This document shows, piece by piece, positions 33,201 to 38,535 of a DNA stretch of 64,000 nt (positions are counted from its first letter, which is position 1; every line of letters begins with the position of its first letter). Below the pieces are notes generated by a model. That model made no database searches, was not told where the DNA came from, and was given only the letters and a program-made list of their open reading frames with translations. This stretch comes from Candidatus Shapirobacteria bacterium. Its GTDB lineage: Bacteria > Patescibacteriota > Microgenomatia > UBA12405. The stretch spans positions 109,172 to 173,171 of the forward strand of contig JAQWEN010000001.1 in assembly GCA_028704885.1 (NCBI GenBank). Reading direction: 5' to 3'. The position numbers and the translations under genes were made by a program.

Positions 33201-35941
33201 CCATTAGCAGCAATCATTAAAGCAGTAGTACCAGTACCAGTATTAGTACCAGTAAGAGTTAAAGTGCCACCAACCGAAAGATTACCGGCAAAAGTAGAAG
33301 TGCCAGAAACACCAATACCACCAGCAGAGATAGTTAAACCAGCAAAGAGAGGAGTCGAAGAAGTGGTTAAGTGTTGTCCAGTATTGTAAGCCAATTGAGC
33401 ATCACCAATAGAATCACCAACGATAGCAAGCGACATACCAACACCTTCACCAGCAGCTCCAGTAACTGAAATTTGACCATTACCAATAATGGTAGAAACA
33501 TAATTACCATTGGTTTGAGTACCAAGAATGACATCTCCCCAGTTAAGATCACCATGCATTAATTGATTAGCAGTTCCAGAAGTACCAATAGTTTGATTAC
33601 TAGCATTGGTTCTCAGAAGAGTATTAGCAGTAACGCCACTAAGAGTTAAAGTACCACCAACTGTAGCATTGGCAAAAGTTTGAAGTGCTGTCCAAGTATT
33701 AGTAGAGCCAAGATTAAGAGAAAAGATATTATCAGAAGATAAACTTAAACCAGCACCGGCGAGATAGGTGGTACCAATTCCAGTATCAGGAGCCCAAAAA
33801 GAATTACCTGAAGAGTCAGAAGTTAAAATATAACCATTGAAAGCGCCTTGAGTTAAAGATAAAGTGCCACCAATGGTTAAATTACCAGAGATAATATCAC
33901 CAGTTTTTTTAACAAAAACACCTTCACCTGGGTCATATTGTTGCAAACGACTATTTTTATATTGATAAATTGGATGATACTGAAAAAGTCTTATTCCAGT
34001 GGTTGAGTACATTTGACCTAGTAAAATATAGACGAAACCATCATCTGTGGTAGGAAGAGTTTGAGTCATAAAACTGGTGTAGGAAGTATTATCTAAAACA
34101 AAATTACCAGAACTATTAATGGTTCCTTTAAGATAGATTGGAAGTTGATTTGTCCATGAGGCTTGGTTGGCAGTGTAATTTAAATAGGTGGTAGCGATAT
34201 CGCTGTAAACGTTGCTGAGAGTACCATTGATAGCAATATCAGTGGTACTGGAGTAATAGAGAATAGGGGAATTAATAGTAAATTCTTGAGTGGAAACAGT
34301 TTTAGTGTTAGTAGTGCCGGTTTGTAAGGTTAAGGGATACCATTTGCCATTTGAGGCTTGCATTATAAGTTTATAATCATAAATTGCAGCACCAGCGGTA
34401 ATAGCGTTGTTCCAATACATACTGGAATAAGTATCAGTATCAGAAGTTCGTTGAGAACCCATCATTTGGTAGTAAGTGCCATCATAGTAAAGTAAAACGG
34501 TGGAACTTGATCCAATAGACATAGTAGTGGTGGAGGCATCAGTGTTTCCAAGTCTAATTTTTTTAGCTCCAGTACTATTGAGATTTAAAGTAGGAGTAGA
34601 GACTGAATTACCATTAGCAAACATGACGGAAATTAAATCACCAGGAGTGAGAGTATAGTTAGCGGGGCCAGTACCAACTTTAGCAGCTGTGGCAGCAGGG
34701 GTATTGACACTAACTTTAACCGTAACGTTACGAATTGTTCCATTGGCTTTTATATCTCCAGAAACGGTTAAAGTGCCACCGACAAAAGTATTGCCGTTGG
34801 CATCAACTGAAAAACGAGAAGCATAATTACTAGTACTGGGATTAAAATTTTGAAAATCAATGAAATTATAGCCACGATTATCATTGCCGATTTGACCATA
34901 AAAAAGATTACCGGTAGATAAATTGGAATTAGTGGCAACAATAGCATTACTGGAACCGTTACCAGTGGTATTTAATTGAATGGCGCCATTAGGATTAACT
35001 GGATCAATTTTAATATTAGCAGTAGCTAAACTATTAGTGGCAGTGAACAATAAAGCCTGACCTTCAATTCCGAGAGTGCCGGAAGTGGATTTGATAGTAG
35101 GGGAAGTTTCACTTAACTTTAGGTTACCGTTGTCATCAATAACTAGCACTGTATTTTTTAGACCGCTAGCAGATGGAGGTAGACCTTGCAAAGTTTCAGT
35201 ATTTAAAGCATAGGCAACAGTAGCGATTGGTTGACGAGGATTCATAACTTCACCACCGGCAGTGATTTCGAGCCAGACTTCAGCGTTTTCAGAAAAAACA
35301 TTTGAAGGAATAGTGGTGCCATGGCTTTGACCAATGGTGACAGAAAAGATGCCATTTTCATCTGGAATAACAGTATTACTATTGCCAGATTCGGAAGTGT
35401 AAAGGGTAGTGCCAACTCCAGTAGTGCCAACATTGTAGAGTTTAAAAATGATACCAGTGGAAGATATTATAGGATTACCAGATGAATCAGTTAAACGACC
35501 TTGAAAAGATAAAAAATGGCCACCAGTAATTGGGGAAGTGGCAGTGGAATATGCTAGATTTTTTTGAGATTGAAGAAAGGCTTGACGGTAAAGGGTAAAA
35601 CCGAGACCGGCACCAACAGCAAAGAGGATAAAAATAGCAAGATATTTTGAAACCCACCTCCCCGCTGGTGAGGGGCCTCCTCCCTTGAAAAGGGAGGATA
35701 TTCTTTTTTCTTTTAAAAAAGGTAATTTTATTTTTTTTGGTAGCCATCCCTTTTCAAGGGAGGGTGCCAGAAGGGCGGGTGGGTTTTGAGCTTCAATTAA
35801 TTTCTTTTTGACGAGAAATTTTTGGAAAGAAGAAAGAGAAGAAAGCTTACGTTGAATACTGGCATCGGAAAGATTAGTGCTTTTTAGATAAGCAGCGTAT
35901 TGATTAAAATGAGACTGATTAAATAAATTATTTAGCTCCAC
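24254..35941 (-). CDS. Giant (3,895 aa) surface protein: N-terminal integrase-SAM-like domain, TM helix, tail-fibre-like repeats, an internal Peptidase_S74-like intramolecular-chaperone domain, a helical stalk and a C-terminal 'WWIIN' domain
   Basis: More than 20 'GxVGIGTTNPxxKLxV' repeats. 'SDQRLKDDVVNI...PVSFNWNQ...YGFIAQDVEQILPSFV...GYKSINYIGMIPLAIRGIQEV' matches the endosialidase-chaperone (S74) consensus. The C-terminus is 'SESESSFTIALDNYLDQDIIINWWIIN'. The N-terminal 'YAAYLKSTNLSDASIQRKLSSLSSFQKFL' is XerC/D-core-binding-like. Confidence 0.8.
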   Translation of the reverse strand: MELNNLFNQSHFNQYAAYLKSTNLSDASIQRKLSSLSSFQKFLVKKKLIEAQNPPALLAPSLEKGWLPKKIKLPFLKEKRISSLFKGGGPSPAGRWVSKYLAIFILFAVGAGLGFTLYRQAFLQSQKNLAYSTATSPITGGHFLSFQGRLTDSSGNPIISSTGIIFKLYNVGTTGVGTTLYTSESGNSNTVIPDENGIFSVTIGQSHGTTIPSNVFSENAEVWLEITAGGEVMNPRQPIATVAYALNTETLQGLPPSASGLKNTVLVIDDNGNLKLSETSPTIKSTSGTLGIEGQALLFTATNSLATANIKIDPVNPNGAIQLNTTGNGSSNAIVATNSNLSTGNLFYGQIGNDNRGYNFIDFQNFNPSTSNYASRFSVDANGNTFVGGTLTVSGDIKANGTIRNVTVKVSVNTPAATAAKVGTGPANYTLTPGDLISVMFANGNSVSTPTLNLNSTGAKKIRLGNTDASTTTMSIGSSSTVLLYYDGTYYQMMGSQRTSDTDTYSSMYWNNAITAGAAIYDYKLIMQASNGKWYPLTLQTGTTNTKTVSTQEFTINSPILYYSSTTDIAINGTLSNVYSDIATTYLNYTANQASWTNQLPIYLKGTINSSGNFVLDNTSYTSFMTQTLPTTDDGFVYILLGQMYSTTGIRLFQYHPIYQYKNSRLQQYDPGEGVFVKKTGDIISGNLTIGGTLSLTQGAFNGYILTSDSSGNSFWAPDTGIGTTYLAGAGLSLSSDNIFSLNLGSTNTWTALQTFANATVGGTLTLSGVTANTLLRTNASNQTIGTSGTANQLMHGDLNWGDVILGTQTNGNYVSTIIGNGQISVTGAAGEGVGMSLAIVGDSIGDAQLAYNTGQHLTTSSTPLFAGLTISAGGIGVSGTSTFAGNLSVGGTLTLTGTNTGTGTTALMIAANGTVTKRVLGTLAFENNLNLQAGTSMVITGTGVGTTISHADTSSQASSDNSNGTVIQDITLDGLGHLTSLATVNFDTRYIQNQFASAQSTSNFWISGTGLVSKFGVGATGTATFNVVGNGNFTTSLAVGTTTTTASLNISNTAIGGSSVAAFLSGNSGLMGYISTVGWDKSSADDYQNWMLQANSGAATAIDTGSTVTFNNGVGISLVQSGSSITINNTSIGTTYNSNNGITKTVDNIFQLGGALTQNTRLNIGSTEVMYLQYASGNVGIGTTSPGAKLEVISNVNEKAAIFQGNDSSGYNTWFKSSSAGFLMGQSNAKAMIQGVNAAGSAFGDVLINPNSGNVGIGTTNPLAKLTVASINSTTPAFNILNANGTVNLEIRADSDDTSHSTFVGVGVGRTNTASSGSGFGYQALYSNTSGSSNTAFGFKSLYSNATGSQNVAAGTISLYSNVSGSYNTAIGFYSQQANTSSSNSSLGHYSLSANVSGSYNTALGTSALRSGTTLSSNIAIGYQAGMNLTSGSNNIFIGNSNGATGAYNDRLYIGNNQSPIIYGNLSTGNVGIGTTNPTHKLEVIGNASFSTNLEVGGTLTTTTLKATNAQNTTVVTNLNADLLDGVSSTYFTRRASTENSMISSDTRNNNYDPDDRDAGLYADFKANTTDGLSDGGTYHGVLTFRKYGATTDMSGGYPIQIAYTDNGNLWTRMGIGVTNWGSWYESWNSNNDGSTSTLDADLLDGIESTGFVGVGSTGNFITTLTNGVGISITGTGVSRNINLANTSVTAGSFGSGTSIPTFTVDAQGRLTTAGQVALPAGTVYTAGNGITLGTGNQFKLGNALTENTRLNIGSTEVMYLQFTSGNVGIGTTSPNEKLEIYSLQTGSNTPGPGLILSRYSAATMRAAGLFEYYDGTNELLAFGLSQAATPNTLANTKMVIRSDGNVGVGTINPGSKLSVMGTNGTSALVTISDSGYAAVVNSLYLQNNNTADNNGNAIYMGYGGTMGGYGARILQTGYAASTRSSDLSFQIHNGNAGNLDSSWNTPLFIQRNTGNVGIGTTNPASELEVYAGSDSSQILWGQDIKNEGNANLTNYGAGLKLKISSEAGPNELNKWAGIAAVAGTGWANRIDLSFFVNPTAASSPVEKMRITGDGNVGIGTTNPTSKLHVVGNGNITTSLAVGTSLTVGTNGSIGGTLSVTGRSALNNVGIAGTLSLTGTNVTSVGTTALFIASNGTITKRALGDLAFMNNASFGWVAKIGANNLSIGNGSTLSFTGLNGLTTLGSGTSITFGLGGLLSQNTDIGLSGFSLTFSDAGSTFASFSSAGNTFYNPTAFLSNGDVSIAYDLNFTNSTGANINTAGPIAINTGEVFGSSNLTLQTYNAGKIILNSSNLWTDGTNFGIGTTNPGAKLDIAGGSILLDATQSIYGNNAGAGSYGGIELYNGSTGNLTLTTTFSTGDINLLPGTSGYVGIGTTNPLYNLHVNGNALISGKFGVGATGTATFNVVGNGNITTSLAVGTSLNVVGNVNVGGTTVISSSKIHLAANGTVSAPGYSFITDTDTGLWRPTTNNLSLSVGAVDALRILASGYVGIGTTNPLYNLHVNGNALISGKFGVGATGTATFNVVGNGNITTSLAVGTSLNVVGNINIGGTTVISSSKIHLAANGTVSAPGYSFITDTDTGLWRPTTNNLSLSVGAVEALRILASGYVGIGNTNPIEKLDVVGNIKASNNVIGQKFLDVGDTQFGLDSANASTTNSSLSLSYIGSIRFNYNDNGNHITAGAASRIQNFTNGLLIASSGTTTAGTAVTGWDNQLFLKTGGYVGIGTTNPTTLLHLEKSVSAGLGPVITLNNSATMAVGNATAIEFRTGNPGYNFPTGTIKSYTDWSGFASPYGHLQFSTNDWSNETIAMTIAEGHVAIGTTAHDYPLSVWQYSSDSPVLGYNWGQFGLLAENNSGLISGILTNGSGFIQSQNVGGTAVAYNLSLQPSGGYVGIGTTNPTSKLHVIGNGNISTSLNVGTSLVVGTSIELTASSNRSLSYYGSLGNGYFTQMQTTATAGYGTYGPVTNDWALYNRFSGATTRGWIWQLATTNIAALSGNGDFQIAGEISTVGTGNNYFAGKVGIGTTNPLEKLEVAGNIALKSSGGSSYNNLGQIFWRNTGNTANNASIWVKRGAANYGSGSIIFATANADAGTTDRMIITDTGLVGIGTTNPGAKLDVKGSQNNTITSVNAVAKFLGGDAGVHIGTLAGGPTYGSWLQAMRESDNFTFPLMLNPLGGNVGIGTTNPQSNLDISSSGPNLRWSYSNEPTSYYARSAFTASGSGANLTNLSFYVKSYPNAGESMALSLTGSGNVGVGTASPNATYGKMEITGGALYISGTPSSQSAGGINVKDETTANIWNIHTHADRIRAFNGSTEYTYVAQGDAFTIGSWTISQCTVSGGNGDELCFTHANRQIGMDTNGRPFYSSNSPDWSSSTSWLSDQRLKDDVVNIGLGSSSNPNIEIFDSLSVLNSLNPVSFNWNQAYADKVGITNPQEMAQRQYGFIAQDVEQILPSFVNTGSDGYKSINYIGMIPLAIRGIQEVDAKVTNLNKDLSITATGEINVNYNVSDEVLASLGYDGAKNEIEAATYSLTDTLGATVTRMGQFAEIASAKIKAGLISATNIVTKNLVAEKIISPKANIDELTATTATISGTLTTDELISDKLTAREASVSTLYADNIISKEGSFGDLMTAKVSSLRDELKKLISTNEASSSAITGSSIMSQSSDWSMNIASDSAKINGDLALTNNLVVGAKLMVQGDTELGNAFVTGTFTTGEIAIKDNLIETTNSALFIQPSSTGSVHIMGDTLVIAENGEVEITGNLKVSGSLMANLITADEIQTKKLTSEELISDKLKISTDSAQTIIAESGFGAIATSSSQLTSNATAGTATLPAGKTEIIISNNKITPNSMVYLTPVGSTKNQVPYVKSKVVSESESSFTIALDNYLDQDIIINWWIIN
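28091..28806. repeat. Near-identical tandem duplication of about 357 bp (2 x 119 aa) inside the giant-protein gene
   Basis: The DNA block from aggattggtgttgccgataccgacataaccagaggctagaattc to ggagattgtaaagagg recurs with a handful of point differences. The protein segment 'SGYVGIGTTNPLYNLHVNGNALISGKFGVGATGTATFNVVG...ALRILA' is repeated. Confidence 0.8.
35649..35697. repeat. RPE-like repeat (family 1), reverse-type unit, translated in-frame in the giant protein N-terminus
   Basis: aaacccacctcCCCGCTGGTGAGGGGcctcctcCCTTgaaaAGGGagga encodes '...SSLFKGGGPSPAGRW...'. Confidence 0.65.
35744..35786. repeat. RPE-like repeat (family 1), forward-type unit; it forms an inverted pair with 35649-35697
   Basis: ccatCCCTTttcaAGGGagggtgccagaagggcgggtgggtttt encodes '...NPPALLAPSLEKGW...'. 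Confidence 0.65.
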
Positions 35942-36356
35942 TTTCTACCCAATTTATAAATTGATGAATATCATTGATATAGTTACGAATAGTCGAAATG
36001 GAGAATTTTTTGGTTTCGAGCTGCTGTTGATATTGACTAATAATATTTTCAAGGTTAGTTTGTGGTTGAACTTTGAGAGCTTTGAGAAAAGGATTTTCAG
36101 AAATTAAATGTTGGTCTAAAGCAAATTGAAAGAATTTAGAGAGAGAGGCAAGAAAACGTTTATAGTTTTGGTCTTGATTAATGTTTTGAAAATAGGAAGT
36201 TAAATTATCTTGATTAAAAATTTGATCAGTTAATTGATTTTCATCTGGATTAGTAAAGAGAAAGTATTTTCGCAAATCCATTAAGTAGTTTCTGATAGTG
36301 GCATCAGAGTAAGACTTGGACAGAAGCCAATTTTTATAAGAATTGACTATTTCCAT
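35928..36356 (-). CDS. Protein made only of phage-integrase N-terminal (SAM-like/core-binding) domains, two tandem copies, with no catalytic domain
   Basis: 'YKNWLLSKSYSDATIRNYLMDLRKYFLF' and 'LETKKFSISTIRNYINDIHQFINWV' fit the XerC/D N-domain pattern f..yL....S..Ti..Y...l..f..f. There is no R..HxxR..Y catalytic region. It overlaps the giant-gene start by 14 nt. Confidence 0.6.
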   Translation of the reverse strand: MEIVNSYKNWLLSKSYSDATIRNYLMDLRKYFLFTNPDENQLTDQIFNQDNLTSYFQNINQDQNYKRFLASLSKFFQFALDQHLISENPFLKALKVQPQTNLENIISQYQQQLETKKFSISTIRNYINDIHQFINWVESGAK

Positions 36357-37114
36357 AACCAGACGAAGGTGGCGGCGATGATTAAAAAAGGAACTAACTT
36401 TTCGGCCATCAGATTGAGGTCGAATTTTTTCTGCGGTGATAAAGATTTAGGTTCGAAATTATATGTTTTATACATGGTTTATATATATTAATTATTAATA
36501 TAATAATAATATCTACTATTAGAAAAAGGCTGTCAATAGGCCATTTTTGATGTTTTGATGATCTATTTTGATAGTAGGAAAAGAGGATTTAGGTCGTAGA
36601 TTATAGATCTTAGATATTTTCACAAGAGATAACACAGCGGGTACACCTACTTACAAACGATATCATTTAAAATCAAATACATTCTTTTTGAAGATGTATA
36701 TTTTATTATCAATGCGGAGATATGCGGTTTACTCTAAAAGATATTAATTGATATACATATGTGGTGGAAAGATGATTTTATTTGAAACCCTAACTCTGCT
36801 TTTTCCCTTGATAAGGTAAGAGATTTTTTTGACTTCATCACTTGTCAAAGGAGAGCAAAAAAGAAGTTTAAATTGAATTCATTTGATATATAGGGTAGTA
36901 GATGGTAGTAATTTGTTATCTTCTTTGAAGAATTTGAGGCATAAATATTATTTATATGTATATTTTTTATTTTTGCGAGTCTAAATTAAATGATTATTGT
37001 GCCTAATTTAGCGAATCTTATTTGTTTTTCAAATGATTAGCACTTTTAAATAAATTGTGCCAAATGAGATATTTTGATGTTTGTTTTTTTAATTTTGTGC
37101 TATTATTTACTAAG

Positions 37115-37528
37115 ATGAAAGACATTAAAAAGAAAATAATAATTACCGGAAGTAGTTTTTTAGTGGTTATTGTTTTTATTTTTTATTTAGCTAGTTTTGT
37201 AGTTCCAAAAATTTTAACAACTGTTAGTAAAGCCAATGCGACAACTAAGGTTTCTATTAAAAATTCTTTTATAATTGGTGAGAAAATTATGGCTAAGGCT
37301 GATGGGGTAGAAGAATGTGTGGTCGATGTATTCGCAATCGATGCTGATGGTAAAGGAGTGGCGGGAAAACAAGTTCAATTAATGGGATTAGGGGATAATA
37401 CTGGGGTAACTGATAATTTAGGCAAGACGACCTTTAAATTGAATTCTAGCGTGGCTAAACAGTATGAGTTGACAGCTACAGTGAACGGGGCAGCTTTAGG
37501 AAAGACTTTGACGGTGACTTTTAGATAA
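37115..37528 (+). CDS. Small TM-anchored protein with one Ig-like (Big/invasin-type) domain; paralog of 42433..42846
   Basis: TM helix 'FLVVIVFIFYLASFVV'. 'VVDVFAIDADGKGVAGKQVQL...TDNLGKTTFKLNS...YELTATVNGAALGKTLTVTF' has an Ig-like beta pattern. The start was taken at MKDIKKK. Confidence 0.5.
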   Translation: MKDIKKKIIITGSSFLVVIVFIFYLASFVVPKILTTVSKANATTKVSIKNSFIIGEKIMAKADGVEECVVDVFAIDADGKGVAGKQVQLMGLGDNTGVTDNLGKTTFKLNSSVAKQYELTATVNGAALGKTLTVTFR

Positions 37529-37533
37529 AAACA

Positions 37534-37625
37534 AAACCCCTCCGCCCTTTGGGCACCTCCCCTTGAAGAATGGGAGGCTTTATGTTGAGCCCTCCCTTTT
37601 CAAGGGAGGGTGGGGGTGGGTTTTA
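37534..37625. repeat. RPE-like repeat (family 1), inverted pair of units
   Basis: aaaacccctccGCCCTTTGGGCacctccCCTTgaagaatGGGAgg ... gccCTCCCttttcaaGGGAGggtgggggtgggtttt. Confidence 0.7.
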
Positions 37626-37926
37626 AACTATAAGACGTAATTTTTAGTTTAAAAAATGAGCTTAAGTGGCTTTAATTGTTTGGTTTTGATATATTTAACT
37701 GAGTTTTGCTTAGCAGATTTTTAGTAAGAGTGCTAAGGGATGGGTTTTAGTCTTTTTCTGTTTGAAGTATGGAGAAAAATGGGATTGGAGAAGTTAATAA
37801 AGTATGGGGAAAAGTTATTTGTGAGGGATGTATCAGAAAAAAATTATGGGATAAATTATGGCATTAGAACTTTAGATCTGTAGTATATTAGATTGTAGTT
37901 TTAATTACATTAATTTATAATATTTT

Positions 37927-38241
37927 ATGGCTTATGAAATATGTATTTTAAAGGTTGAAGAGTTTAAAAAGTTTGTTAATAAATTAGATTGTGATGGTAA
38001 AGCAAGATTGACTAGAGACATAGATTTCTTAAAAGAAAATGGATCCGGTTTAAAGATGCCATTTGCCAAAAAGATTGATAAAAAGCTTTGGGAATTAAGA
38101 ACCAGTGGTAAACAAAAAATTAGAATTATTTATTCTATTGTAGGGACTCAAATATATGTGGTTAATTGGTTTATTAAAAAAACACAAAAAACTCCGATTA
38201 AAGAATTAAAGACAGCAATTAAGCGATTGACAGAGATATAG
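37927..38241 (+). CDS. RelE/ParE-superfamily toxin of the Gp49/HigB-like type
   Basis: '...KKLWELRTSGKQKIRIIYSIVGTQIYVVNWFIKKTQKTPIKELKTAIKRL' matches Gp49-like (PF05973) toxins. The toxin-first gene order is as in higBA. Confidence 0.6.
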   Translation: MAYEICILKVEEFKKFVNKLDCDGKARLTRDIDFLKENGSGLKMPFAKKIDKKLWELRTSGKQKIRIIYSIVGTQIYVVNWFIKKTQKTPIKELKTAIKRLTEI

Positions 38242-38246
38242 CGTTT

Positions 38247-38534
38247 ATGCTATATTATTTTATGGATAACTGGCAAACAATAAAAAAAGAAATATTAAGC
38301 AATTCTGAAGTAAAAAAGACCTATGATGGGTTAGATGTGGAGTATCAGATATTAAGTGATATGGTTAGAATTAGAAATAAAAAGAAAATTACCCAAAAAG
38401 AGTTAGCAAAAAAGATGGGAACAACCCAGTCGGCTTTGTCGAGATTTGAAATGGGGGATGTAAACCCTAGTTTGGATTTTTTAAAGAAAGTGGCAATTGC
38501 TTTGGGAAGTAAATTGGTGGTGAGATTGGAATAA
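38247..38534 (+). CDS. XRE-family HTH antitoxin (HigA-like)
   Basis: 'ITQKELAKKMGTTQSALSRFEMGDVNPSLDFLKKVAIALG' is a helix-turn-helix. The gene lies 5 nt downstream of the toxin gene. Confidence 0.6.
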   Translation: MLYYFMDNWQTIKKEILSNSEVKKTYDGLDVEYQILSDMVRIRNKKKITQKELAKKMGTTQSALSRFEMGDVNPSLDFLKKVAIALGSKLVVRLE

Positions 38535-38535
38535 T

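Noticed and set aside
24750-35747. Numerous 60-190-aa ORFs antisense to or out of frame with the giant genes, for example 24978..25361, 25654..26130, 29370..29954, 31726..32055, 39309..39548, 40590..40853
   Set aside because: They are embedded in long, uninterrupted, repeat-rich CDSs on the opposite strand. They are low-complexity translations of repetitive DNA.
22660-36356. Possibility of a complete diversity-generating retroelement (Avd-like protein present)
   Set aside because: No reverse-transcriptase ORF and no TR/VR repeat pair could be found in the window. The differences between the 357-bp tandem copies are not adenine-specific. Only the Avd-like protein is reported.
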